Positions 1-11,635 of a DNA stretch of 64,000 nt are shown here, piece after piece. The stretch lies in contig CM106585.1 of the NCBI GenBank assembly GCA_048013815.1, positions 3,162,001 to 3,226,000 on the forward strand, given 5' to 3'. Within the stretch, counting starts at the first letter, position 1. Each line of letters opens with the position of its first letter. The position numbers were made by a program, and so were the translations under genes. The DNA is from Setoptus koraiensis. Taxonomy: Eukaryota; Animalia; Arthropoda. The notes beneath the pieces are model-generated. The model made no database searches. It was not told where the DNA came from and was given only the letters and a program-made list of their open reading frames with translations.

Positions 1-280
1 AGGAAAAAATAGCACGGTGAAAGCTGTACTGTGAGAAATAAACTAGATAAATTTAGAACACTCAAAGCTTACAATGTTGATTAGTTAAATTTAGCACATA
101 GAATGCTATGCGCGCGAAAACTAACTAGACACGATTAGCACGCTCAAAGCTGAGATGCTAACTAGATGAATTTAGCACAGCAGAAGGCTAGCTGTATACA
201 ACTCGGATTTAGTGCACTGGAAGCTAGAGGCGTTAGAACTAGAAGATTGTAGTACAGCAGAAACTGCTCAACCATTCAAG

Positions 281-650
281 GTATCTAAACGTTAACAATG
301 TTAACTCTATGGGAATTCGACTTTGTTAATTTTGACAAAATTTTTTTTGTTCTCTGTGTTAAAGTATCTAAACGTTAACAATATTAACCCTATGGGAATC
401 TGACTTTGACGATTTTGACGAATTTTGATTTTTTCTCTGTGTTAAAGTATCTAAACGTTACCAATGTTAACCCTATGGGAATCTGACTTTGTTAATTTTG
501 ACAAATTTTTTTTTGTTCTCTGTGTTAAAGTATCTAAACGTTAACAATGTTAACTCTATGGGAATTTGACTTTGTTAATTTTGACAAAATTTTTTTTGTT
601 CTCTGTGTTAAAGTATCTAAACGTTAGCAATGTTAACTCTATGGAGATTT
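281..650. repeat. ~83-bp tandem repeat (~4.5 copies) inside the HINE
   Basis: GTATCTAAACGTTAACAATGTTAAC unit restarts at 281, 364, 447, 530 and ~612. Confidence 0.9.
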
Positions 651-654
651 GACA

Positions 655-945
655 GAGTTCGATGGTCACAATCCGAAGTTCGGTGGTTACAATTCGAAGT
701 TCGATGGTCACATTTCGAACTTCGAAATTCGAAATTGAAAAATTCGAATTTCCGATACTAGTTTCAGGTGCTTGTACAGAGTTCGATGGTCACAATTCGA
801 AGTTCGGTGGTCACATTTCGAACTTCGAAATTCGAAATTGAAAATTCGAATTTCTGATGACAGTTCCATCTGTACGTTCGATGTTCTGTGGTCAGTGTTC
901 GATGGTCAATGTTCGATGGTCACATTTTGAAGTTCGGTGGTTAAC
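655..945. repeat. TTCGAA/GTTCGATGGTCAC satellite block
   Basis: Dense GAANTTC/TTCGAA and GTTCGATGGTCA subrepeats; same family as 2760-3290, 7081-8070 and, inverted, 30789-34510. Confidence 0.9.
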
Positions 946-1597
946 AGGTGAAATAGCACACAACACACATAGTGCGCCATTGCGTCTTGGTGTATGTATT
1001 GAAATTATTAATTGTGGCGAAACTAACCGATAGAAGTGCACCAATTTTTGCATGCAGGCAGCTGACATGTACATCTAACTATGGTGAAAATTTGAGAAAC
1101 CTGGATCTAGTTTGTGATACTCTTTAGATGGTATGAAACGACCAAACGATCAATTTGTATAGCATACCGCACACGAGCATCTCAGCTGTACCACTATGTG
1201 GTATAGCTGAGATCTCTTGTACTCTTGGCTACCAAGTATGCATCAATTCATCGATTGCGAGCGCTAATAGGTTGTCATAAACTCCTTTGAATCCTTCAAC
1301 AATACTTTTCCACACGAAAAATTAAGCGCTCGAAATACTGATTTGATCAGTATTACTTGTTTTCGATATTTGTCGATGCACTCTGGAAGTTACAGTGTGC
1401 AGAGAGAGACTGTGTGCAGCGCGAAATTGATAATTGTGCCAAGCGAATGGAACTTTTCTTGACCTCAACACAGTCTATTTGATTTGTTGTGCTGAATTTC
1501 ATTTGATCACCACTTCGAAAAGAATATGTGCTAGCGAGCAGCACAGTGTGTTTTCTCGATTCGCGCTTTGATTGAAACACCCTTTATATTGCTTTAT

Positions 1598-1825
1598 TAG
1601 CGCTTAATTTTAATTAAGTTGCTGTTGGGGTGGTGATTATGACTACGTTTGTTCACGTGACAGAACAAATCAGTGCTTTTCTCCTTCTAGAAAAAATTAG
1701 CTCAGCGGAGGCGTTGGTGAGCATTTTGTAGGCTTCATTGTTGTGAATCTATCTAGTTTGTTAGTGCAGAGAAAGCTAGGAGGCGGAGTCATTAGGAAAA
1801 GGTCTGTGTTTTGTAAAGGTTTTGT
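1598..1825 (+). mobile_element. HINE 5' end fragment
   Basis: TT-AGCGCTTAATTTTAATTAAG (subTIR plus self-complementary extension) at 1597-1618, then CACGTG-containing conserved block. 1740-1790 is the reverse complement of ~11520-11570. Confidence 0.65.
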
Positions 1826-1946
1826 AAAACCGGAACCGTAAGTTTCCGCACTTCCGGACCACTTTCCCCAATGGTTTTGGGTCAAGATGAACCCGTACCG
1901 GAAGTTTCATCAAAATCGGGGCGGGGCACTATTCTCTACAACAACC
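1826..1946. mobile_element. Merlin terminal fragment
   Basis: Reverse complement of the first ~125 bp of the Merlin element at 61297; ends in TIR ...CTACAACAACC. Confidence 0.75.
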
Positions 1947-2352
1947 GAAGATACTTGAGAATACTTGAGAATATTACCGTCTGGGGCAAGACGAAAGGAT
2001 ATTGATCACGTTCTCTCTCAAGTACTATGTTTTGACTACTGTCTTAGATAAATTATATGATAACCAACTATTAGATTGTAAAGATATGGCCGACCAAACC
2101 ATATATAAACCCTGCATATTCTTAACAAAAATCAGTCGAACATTGGACTGGCAAGCGACTACATCAGGACTTGGACTCACGACTCACTACAGGATCGTAA
2201 CAGCGCGCAAAGAGTATTGGCCGCACTAGCGGAAACTGACCGCATGACGCATACTGACCACGTGTCCAGAAGGACGACAAGAGGACTCACCAATATTGGT
2301 TTGGGCGCATGCCTGAGTGCTCTTGTCGTCCTTGTGAACACGTGGTCAGCAG

Positions 2353-2616
2353 TCATATTCGAGATGTCACCCCTGGAGGTATGCTCAATACTTGGACACC
2401 ATTGTGGCGGAGGCCAGAAAGAAATTTAATGTTCTGATGTCCAGACCAGGTATCCATCAGTTGCAGTACCCTCGAAGGCGGGAAGTCTTCCGCATCTAGT
2501 TCCTCAACAGTTTCCCACCAAGTTCTCTTCCTCTTTTCGTTCTCGTGGCGACTTGTTTCATTCAATTCGACTTCCTTCAGATTGAGCCCCGGATATAACA
2601 CTTCGTTCACCCATTT
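2353..2616 (-). pseudogene. Probable pogo/Tigger-like (DDE_1) transposase fragment
   Basis: Minus-strand translation contains QLMDTWSGH and LSIPPGVTSRI, resembling the LLxDxxSGH and xPPxxTSxxQPLD motifs of DDE_1 transposases. It stops before QPLD and is cut by a HINE end at ~2617. Confidence 0.45.
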
Positions 2617-2617
2617 T

Positions 2618-3387
2618 AAACGCTTAATTTTAATTAAGTAGCTATTGGGATGGGTTTGGGTGCTACGTTTATTCACGTGGGTAGAACAAATCAGTGCTCT
2701 TTGATTTTTTCTCTCTGTTAAAGTATCTAAACGTTAACAATGTTATCTCTATAGAGATTTGACAGAGTTCGATGGTCACATTTCGAACTTCGAAACTGAA
2801 AATTCGAATTCCTGATGATAGTTTCATCTGCTCGTTCGATGTTCGTGGTTCAGTGTTCGATGGTCAGAGTTCGAACTTCGAAATGCAATGATCGTATCTC
2901 TGTTTCATGTTCGGTAGACGTAGTTTGGTGTTCGATGGTCGAAGTTCAAGGATCACAATTCGAATTTCAAAATTGAAAATTCGAATTTCCGATACAAGTT
3001 CTAGGTGCTTGTACAGAGTTCGATGGTTCCAATTCGAAGTTTGATGGTCACATTTCGAACTTCGAAATTCGAAATCGAAGATCTGAATTTCTGTTGACAG
3101 TTTCATCTGCTCGTTCGATGGTCAGTGTTCGATGGTCAATGTTGATGGTCACATTTCGAACTTCGAAATTGAGAATTTCCGATACTTGTTTCAGGTGCTT
3201 GTACAGAGTTCGATGGTCACAATTCGAAGTTCGGTGGTTACAATTCGAAGTTCGATGGTCACATTTCGAACTTCGAAATTCGAAATTGCTGCACTATAAC
3301 AAAGTGTGCGCCATTGACTAATTGGTGTGTCTAACTTGATTACTCATTGCGGCGAAACTGACTGTTAGAATCTTACTAAATTCCATA
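2618..3387 (+). mobile_element. HINE 5' part with satellite, truncated
   Basis: Degenerate end AAACGCTTAATTTTAATTAAG, conserved CACGTG block, satellite 2760-3290, and start of the 3' unique region (3290-3385 matches 8070-8170). Confidence 0.7.
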
Positions 3388-3894
3388 CGCCGCTACCGCG
3401 ACGACTGCGTGCGACGGAAACCCTTCGGGTAGGGTTGATGAGCGCTTCCGGTATCGGGCTGCGCCGTCTACCCTCCGCTCACATGACTGCAATCCAAACA
3501 CAGCTGCAGGTGGGAAGAGTGAACAAACCACCCAACAGAGAATGAGAAAGAAGGGATTAAATGACTGAAACAGACGTGAATACAGAGTTCAGCGAGCACG
3601 AGGCACAGAATGGGTCCGCTGACCGCAACCGCACAGGCCCGGCCACACCCCAAAATTTTGTTTAACCTCTGTATCCTATGAACCGGAAGTAATAGCAGAT
3701 TAATTTTGATTTCATCATGCTCATCTAGTTGACATCTGCCTGATTCTACATTTTCAGAGCTCTATCTCAACATTTTTGTATCTCCGGAAGTTTCCGCACT
3801 TCTGGACTACTCAATTCATAATATTGGGCCCCTGCGGGACCTGTGGGTCAAGTTTCATGATGATCGGCGCTGGGACCCAATCGCAACAACACCC
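3388..3894. mobile_element. Partial Merlin MITE (right portion)
   Basis: Near-identical to 37380-37884. Ends in TIR CCCAATCGCAACAACACCC followed by CAAAACCG, the TSD seen at 37885. Confidence 0.85.
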
Positions 3895-4790
3895 CAAAAC
3901 CGTTCGAGATATGGGCGCTAGATTTCATAGGCCCCATTACGAAGGCAATCGATGGCAACGACCAAATTCTAGTAGCTATTGACCATTTCACTAAACTCGT
4001 GGTAACGCAGGCTTGCTCACAACGTACAGCGGCAGTCGTTGCGAGATTCATCGTTAGCAACATCGTATGCAAATACGGCCCACCAGCGAATATACTAGTG
4101 GATAATGCCGGTGAGATGATTAGCAAGACGGTTTCGGAAGTTTGCAAAGTAATCGGGACCAACCATATCCGATGCACACCATATCATTCACGCGGCAACC
4201 CGTGCGTCGAAAGAGTGAATAAAAACATAACTCAGAAGTTAGCAATTCTAATAGACGACCACGACTACGATGAACAAAACTCGCCAGCAGCACTACCACT
4301 GGTCACTCTGGCGATAAACACCACCAAACATCGAACCACAGGTTACACACCGTTCGAATTAATATTCGGATATAATCCACCTTCACAAAGCGAGACCGCT
4401 AGACGATCAACAGTTTCAGACGTTTAAGCTGATAACCTGCCCAATACATTATTTATCACCCAACATCAAGCATACTTAATTATGCAAGAAGAACAAGCTA
4501 ACGAAAAAGCAAGGTTCGATAAGAATCGTAAGGTGCCGACATTTGTAATAGATTCAAAGATTCACGTTTCTCGCTGTTACGATGTCATGCGGAGCGCTTG
4601 AAGAAATACTGTAACGAAAAACCCGCTGAACAAACCACACAATTTTACGATACAAATGACCAGTAGAGGGCGTAGTAATGTGCGAGCTGCCCACTAGACG
4701 GAGCTGAATGATAGCAACACGTGGTGAACACTCAATAATCCGCCATTTTGGAAATTCCAAATTCGTGTGAGAACGTATTTGAAACAAAGA
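3895..4790 (+). pseudogene. pol: Gypsy integrase core fragment (duplicate of 37885-38710)
   Basis: Reads KPFEIWALDFIGP...VAIDHFTK...LVDNAGEM...PYHSRGNPCVERVN...TGYTPFEL (rve motifs). Frameshifted and decayed downstream. Confidence 0.85.
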
Positions 4791-5059
4791 AACGGTAGTA
4801 AGACACCAACCACCATGGCCTCTCAGAACCCTCGCTCGTACCGACAACCCCGGCCTTCGGCCGAGTAATTGTCACACACCCGAACACCAGAAACAATGCG
4901 AATGCGTGCCAGGCTGAGTGCGGCTCGTGAGACGTCAGATGTGACTCGAATTGCGTGACCGGAAGTTGGTCCAACAGTGAATGGTTGATATCTCCTGAGT
5001 GGATGATTGTAAGGGTGAGATTCTAGCTGCATGTTGACGGTGGCAACTGAACTTATTCG

Positions 5060-7080
5060 AAAATACCTAAATTTACAGTCTGAGGCACTCCTGAGGCCCG
5101 GAAAATGCTTTTCCCCGTATCTCCGGAAGTAGAAATTTCCGCACTTCCGGACCTTCAAAAACGTTCTTTGGGGCCGCTTCGCGGCCCTTGTGTGGAGTTT
5201 GAAGGGAATCGGGCTTGGTCGTTGTTCACTACTACACCCAATTCCGGTTCCGGTTTTACAAAAAAAGAGAGCTACGGCAATGAAACTCGGTTGACTGATT
5301 GATTAGAGCATGTTGATCATGCTGAACTCGTTCTTCAGTCTCTGAGACCTCCGGTTCGGGAGATATCGAGGGAATTCAGGAGATAGGAGCGTTTCTGCTT
5401 CGTGCGCTTGCACAGAACTTAATCTGGGTGCTGTAGCGAACTGGGCGTAGCTCAGATCGCGACGAAACTCACGGTGTGTGTACCTCAAGGGAGCCTGATG
5501 AAGATTTGTTCAGACCGGAAGTGTAGAAACTACAGGTTCCGGTTTTAGCTTAATCTTCGAGCTACAGTCTTGAAAGTCGGTATGTAGGTAGATTTGATCA
5601 CGATGATTCCGATGACATCAACTTCTGACAACTTCCGGTTCACAAGATATTCGGTGATAACCGCTGCAAGGGCGGCGACGGGACGGAATATCGACCAAAT
5701 ACGTGCGCTAGCAGGCCCGTACAGATCAACACAAAAGCCGGCGCCATTCCTGTTCTTGAGATCCTCACAGTCGGATGTGCAGCTTCACGATGAACAGTCT
5801 GTTCTTCTACTTACGGTCTTGTATGGATTGCAGTCATGTGAGCGGAGGAGCCTCCAGAATACGAGGCCGCAGGCCGAGTCTTCGAACTCATCAGAGGTTC
5901 ACTTCTGAATCCAGCAGAGCTGAAATTCGTCCACTTCCGGTCTTCCAAGCCAAGAAATATGCCTATATCCTGAGAACCGGAAGTTGCACAGATTTGAAAG
6001 TTATGCCATCGTGTTCAGCGTGGTCGAAAACATCGGTCTGGTGAGTTTCAGACCTCTAGCTTCAACTTAATGCTAAACCGGAACCGGAAGTTTCCGCACT
6101 TCCGGACTAGCGAATCCGGGTTGTTGAAGCGAATAGTGCCCCGCCCCGATTTTGATGAAACTTCCGGTACGGGTTCATCTTGACCCAAAACCATCGGGAA
6201 AAGTGGTCCGGAAGTGCGGAAACTTCCGGTTCCGGTTTTACAAAAAGTTGAATCTAGAGCTCTGAAATTCACTACAGAGACGTTTCAAGCTACGCTGAAC
6301 ACGATGACATAATTTTCAGCTCTGTGCGACTTCCGGTTTTCGAGATATAGAGATATTACTAGGGTTAGAAGACCGGAAGTGACCAAATTATTGCTTCGCT
6401 GCGCTCGGGGATGCACATGCGGTGTGTCTGAGAACTCGGCCTGCGGCCTCGTATTCTGGAGGCCGTCACATCTCCGTCGTCGCTCCCGCGACGACTGCGT
6501 GCGACGGGAACCCTTCGGGTAGGGTTGATGAGCGCTTCGGGTATCGGGCTGCGCCCTCTACCCTCCGCTCACATGACTGCAATCCATACACGAATGATAG
6601 AAAAAGAACGAAATGGGGACGCATGGAAGGCTCTGAACATGTATCCGGCACAGAAAAGGAGCTGCGCATCCTTAAGTGTTGAACAGAATGGGCCTGATAG
6701 CGCACGTATTTGTTCGTGCGCGCGGGTATTCCGTCCCGTCTACGCCCCTGCAGCGGTTTCATCCAGATATCTCGTCAACCGGAAGTGAGACAAATTTGAA
6801 ATTGACGTTATCGTACTCTGCGTGCTCTGATTCACATGTATAGTGAGTTTCAAGCCTGTATCTCATTTTTTTTGTAAAACCGGAACCGGAAGTTTCCGCA
6901 CTTCCGGACCACCGAGGTTATTGTTTTTGGGCCCTACGGGCCCCGTGTGTGAAGTTTCATCGAAATCTGACTGGGGCACTATTCGCTACAACACCCCTTT
7001 TCCGGTCTACAGGGGTCAAGATGTACCCGAGCCAGAAGTTTCATCGAAATCGGGGCGGGTCGCTATTCGCTACAACAACC
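5060..7080. mobile_element. Mosaic of Merlin-derived pieces (outer MITE remnants with a nested MITE)
   Basis: 5240-5420 is the reverse complement of autonomous Merlin ~63160-63350. 5080-5220 matches the second MITE family (~56350-56490, inverted). TIR ...CGCTACAACAACC ends at 7080. Confidence 0.65.
6119..6996. mobile_element. Merlin MITE nested inside another MITE
   Basis: Left TIR GGTTGTTGAAGCGAATAGTGCCCC at 6119 and right TIR GGGGCACTATTCGCTACAACACCC ending ~6996; interior matches 61297-61770. TSD only partly matching. Confidence 0.75.
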
Positions 7081-8371
7081 CAGAGTTCTCAGTTCGATGG
7101 TCAGTGTTCGATGGTCACAATTCGAAGTTCGAAATTCGAAATTGAAAACTCGAATTTCTGATGATAGTTTCATCTGCTCTGTCGAAGTTCGATGGTCAGT
7201 TTTCGTCGTTCGATGGTCAATGTTCGGTGGTCACAATTCGAACTTCGAAAATGAAAATTCGAATTTCTGATAGGAGTTACAGCTGCTTGTTCGATGTTCG
7301 ATGGTCAGGGTTTGATGGTCAGTATTCGATGGTCAGAGTTCGGTGGTCACAATCCGAACTTCGAAAATGAAAATTCGAATTTCTGATAGGAGTTACAGCT
7401 GCTTGTTCGATGTTCGATGGTCAGTGTTCGGTGGTCAGAGTTCGATGGTAACAATTCGAACTTCGAAATTCGAAAATTGAGAATTCGAATTCCTGATGAT
7501 AGTTCCATCTGCTTGTTCGATGTTCGATGGTCAGGGTTTGATGGTCAGTATTCGATGGTCAGAGTTCGGTGGTCACAATCCGAACTTAGAACTTCGAATA
7601 TCTGATAGGAGTTACAGCTGCTTGTTCGATGTTCGATGGTCAGTGTTCGGTGGTCAGGGTTTGATGGTCAGTGTTCGGTGGTCAGAGTTCGATGGTAACA
7701 ATTCGAACTTCGAAATTCGAAAATTGAGAATTCGAATTCCTGATGATAGTTCCATCTGCTTGTTCGTTGTTCGATGGTCAGGGTTTGATGGTCAGTATTC
7801 GATGATCACAATACGAAGTTCGAAATTCGAAAATTGAAAATTCGAATTTCTGATGAGAGTTTCAGGTGCTCGTTCGGAGTTGATGGTTCAGTGTTCGATG
7901 GTGGGAGTTCGATGGTCACAGTTCGAAATTCGAAATTGAAAACTCGAATTTCTGTTGACAGTTTCATCTGCTCGTTCGATGGTCAGTGTTCGATGGTTGG
8001 AGCTCGAAGTTCGGTGGTAACAATTCGAAGTTCGATGGTCACATTTTGAACTTCGAAATTCGTAATCGATGCACTATAACAAAGCGTGCGCCATTGACTG
8101 ATTGGTGTGTCTAACTGAATTACACATTGTGGCGAGAATGACCATCAAAATCTTACTAAATTCCGCACGCAAGAAATCAACATGTGTATCATGCTGGGAT
8201 AGAAATTTGGAGAACTTGTATTTATTCTCTTCTACGGCTCTTCTCGGCTACTTTGATTCGACAGGCATAGATGTTCAACTCCGACATGTTGTCACATACT
8301 CGCATCAATATTCCAACGATACTCATCTTTCCAAAAAATTAAGCGCTCGAGATACTGATTCAATCAGTATC
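7081..8371 (+). mobile_element. HINE 3' part: satellite, unique region and terminal hairpin
   Basis: Satellite 7081-8070; subTIR AAAATTAAGCGCT (~8335-8347); hairpin GATACTGAT-tca-ATCAGTATC (8351-8371). Confidence 0.75.
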
Positions 8372-8435
8372 ACTTGTATTAAATATTATTAAAAACCAAG
8401 AACAAATATATTTACATTTATACATAATATTTACC

Positions 8436-8732
8436 ATGCCCAGATACCCCAAAATGGTACGGCCAAGAGCAACCCGAGGGGTAGCAAACACGAACAGAAC
8501 GTACCCGGTACACAGGGTCTTGGACCATGAAATACGTTATCGACATCATCGATTCTATTACCTAGTAGCTTGGACTCCCGAAGGACGATATGCGGACACT
8601 TGGGAACCAAGCTACAACCTAACGAACTGCCAAGAAACTGTAGTAGTCTACTGGGAAAGAAGGGCCAGAGAAGGAATACGAAACGATGAAGCAGCCCACC
8701 CTCCGGAAATCGTGAACTGGCCCACGTGGTAA
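8436..8732 (+). CDS. Stand-alone chromodomain protein (98 aa), probably retroelement-derived
   Basis: YPVHRVLDHE...YYLVAWTPEGRYADTWEPSYNLTNCQETVVVYW matches the chromodomain pattern (Y-V-I/V-L...Y-L-V-x-W...TWEP..NL). ATG in ACCATG context; A-rich flanks. Confidence 0.65.
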   Translation: MPRYPKMVRPRATRGVANTNRTYPVHRVLDHEIRYRHHRFYYLVAWTPEGRYADTWEPSYNLTNCQETVVVYWERRAREGIRNDEAAHPPEIVNWPTW

Positions 8733-8924
8733 ATATAAAATATAAAGTAATCATAAAAATAACAAAACAAAACAAAAAATACAAAAGATCCAAAAACTAA
8801 AAAAAAAAAATATATTTACATAAAATAATAGATCAATAAAGAAAAACAAAACAAAAATTATAAAATATCGAAAAAACAAAAAAACATATACAATATTAAT
8901 CAACATATATTAACAATGGCGAAC

Positions 8925-9308
8925 AGATGAAAATATCATCAGGAATTCGAATTTCGAAGTTCGAAATGTGAACATCGAGCTCTGACCATCGAACTCTGAC
9001 CATCGAACTTCGACAGAGCAGCTGATACTATCATCAGAAATTCGAATTTTCAATTTCGAATTTCGATTTGTCACCACCGAACCCCTCACAAATTTGACCT
9101 AGTCAAATCTCCTAAGGATTGCATGCGAAATATTTTCGATTGAAGCGATAATAGACCAAGTCGAATCTACATAGGAATACATGTGTAATGTCTAACAGGA
9201 TTCTCACAAATTTGACCAAGTCAAACCTCCATAGGATTACATAGTCACGTGAATAAACGTAGAGCCCAGAACCGCATCAATAGCTACTCAATTAAAATTG
9301 AGCGCTAA
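8925..9308 (-). mobile_element. HINE 5' part (truncated satellite plus end)
   Basis: Short satellite, then the conserved ~250-bp block ending CTCAATTAAAATTGAGCGCTAA; same block at 34510-34760, 35760-36008 and 58635-58884. Confidence 0.75.
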
Positions 9309-9309
9309 A

Positions 9310-10453
9310 AAGGAATATGATGATAACTGGTACGACTACCACAACCAGGTATTCGCAATGACTTCAATGCAAAATGAGATAACCAAATGTGGTACCAAAT
9401 TGGCGAACATTATAACAGCGGCTAGAAATGGTCAAGTTGCTATCCAAGATGTAGCATATTTTATGAATTATTAAAGAAACGAAACATTCAACCTCTACGA
9501 TCTTAAAATAAACCTTCACTCAGTACGACAAGAATTTACGGAGTTTATCTCAGCACATCAAGTAGCAGATGGCGGCGGCATCAGGCTGCAATTTGCAATG
9601 ATTGTCGAATACCCTCATGCTAAAGTATATGAAATAGATCCGTTTACATATTGGGATGTTATTCAATCCCCACCAGTTTTGATGGAATACACTGGGGAGA
9701 TATGTACTATTTGATAAAAAACATAATTGCCGAAAAGCAGTGCTTGACGATAGAGCAAATATAATTTCAGAACGATGCAATAAACCAGATTACATTGACT
9801 CTAGATTGAACAAATGGAATCGGTCAACAGAAATACAGCTCAACAATATGCAACCTGAGATTAAGGTAACAAAATTCTATAATTATGTATACTGGTACCC
9901 ACTGAATATCTCACTGTATGGACACTCGCAATTCTGTCTTCCTTCAGTATTCAAACTGCCTGTTGATGTTGCCTTCAACGTAAGCGATCTCATAATTGAA
10001 TCGGTATCAATTACTTTGAATATAACAAAAAAGGATCTGGTCATTGATGATTTCCACTACAACGAATTCGATGCACCATCAATAACTGAACGACTTCTCA
10101 TAGAGAGAAAAAGAAAACTAACACTTGAACTTAAACAACTGAAAGATGAGAAAGAATTAAACGAAAGAGACATGACTAATGAAATCAAGCTGTTGAAAGA
10201 AAGCAACTCGAACTACGAGGCCACAGCAGATAATTTCCCCTGGCTAACAATCAGCTGTGCTTTAATTATGTACACATTAAGCATTGTGTGTGGTTATTTA
10301 GTATACAGATACTATCTTCAATCAACCAAATACAATCTGAAAGAAAACAAAGAGAACATACCGATGTCCGGCACAAATAAACCATGTTCGTCATGTGGTA
10401 GTAGTGCAGAAAAACCACAAACTACAAACACCAGCCAACAAGTAACGAAATAA
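9310..10453 (+). pseudogene. env: Env-like glycoprotein C-terminal fragment
   Basis: Translation gives VYEIDPFTYW...LMEYTG, then (after a frameshift) VYWYPLNISLYGHSQFCLPSVFKL, a coiled coil and a TM helix (WLTISCALIMYTLSIVCGYLVY). One in-frame stop at ~9471. Motifs align with the other env-like ORFs. Confidence 0.7.
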
Positions 10454-10500
10454 TCTAAGTATCAGTATCACTTCGACTTCCGAAGTAAAATAACATACCA

Positions 10501-10578
10501 AAAAGGAGGAAGAAAAATGTACAGTCAACTGAATAGCACTCAAATTATTACAGATACAGAATCAACTGTTAACAAGTA
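10501..10578 (+). repeat. Polypurine tract and truncated 3' LTR start
   Basis: AAAAGGAGGAAGAAAAA directly followed by TG (10518) downstream of the env fragment; cut by a HINE end. Confidence 0.5.
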
Positions 10579-11635
10579 AAACTGATCAAATCAGTATTTC
10601 GAGCGCCTAATTTTTTGTGTGGACGATTATCGTTGAAAGACTAGGAGGAGTTTATGACAACCTGTTAGCGCTCGCATCGATGAATTGATGCATACGTGGT
10701 AGCTAAGAATACCAGAGATCTCAGCTATACCACTATGTGACTCCTTTCGTCGCGGACAAGACTAATGGTACGGATGATTACAAGGATCTGTCCGCTCCTT
10801 AGCTATCACACAGTGAAGTACAGTAATGCAGCTTTGGCCGTGCTAATTGTGCGTGTGTCATAGCTGAGAAATTGTGCATCTTCAGCTATGGCGCTGTTCA
10901 GTTGAGTTATGTGCCTTTGACTGTGCTAATTGTGTGTGTCATAGCTGAGAACTGTTCAATTCTCAGCTATGACGCTGTTCAGTTGAGTTATGTCCCTTTC
11001 ACTGAGCTCATTATGATTCACTAGATCCAAGCTAGCTATTATTTGATTCTCGTGCATCCGATCTTAATCAAGTAGTAACCTTCTGCAATGCTTAATTATT
11101 CTAGTGGGCATCTCAGCTTCAAGTTCGTCACTCTCACCTAGCTCGAATCATCGCATAACTTGTGCTGCGAGACAATTGTCAACTTGAGTAGCTTCTACTG
11201 TACGGTGATCTCCTTGTCTCATGACTACTAGCTTACCGTGCGCTAGATCCTAATTGTCTACAGCTAGCCTTCTGATGTGCTAGATCAACCTAGTTCGCAT
11301 CTCAGCCTTCTCTGTATCAATGTTTTCTAGTGATTCTGCCTCCTAGCTGTTCCTGTGTTAAATTTAATGAACCAACATTTAAGCGTTCTATTGTACTGAA
11401 TTTACCTAGTTTTCGCCTTGGTAGCTTCCCTAGTGCTAAATCCAAAATCTAAACAGCTCGCATTCTCCCCTGCTAATTTTTACTAGTTAGCGTCCCAGCT
11501 TTCACTGTATAATTGATTTCTTATGACTCCGCCTCCTAGCTTTCCCTGTACTAACAAACTAGATAGATTTAGAACGATGAAACATACTAGATACTTCCCG
11601 ACGCCTTCACTGTACTGATTTCTCCTAGAACAAGT
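10579..11635 (-). mobile_element. HINE 3' portion, interrupted by another HINE
   Basis: Starts with hairpin ACTGAT-caa-ATCAGT and degenerate subTIR AGCGCCTAATTTT; 10590-10760 is the reverse complement of ~1180-1350. Confidence 0.65.

Larger units (their letters stand above)
1..1354 (+). mobile_element. Helentron/DINE-1-like non-autonomous element (HINE); 5' end lies just upstream of the window
   Basis: Ends with subterminal repeat AAAATTAAGCGCT (~1318-1330) followed by hairpin ATACTGAT-ttg-ATCAGTAT (1335-1353). Bases 1-270 are the reverse complement of ~54930-55200, which leads into the family's other end. Contains internal tandem repeats. The subTIR plus 3' stem-loop layout matches described DINE-1/Helentron structure. 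Confidence 0.7.
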
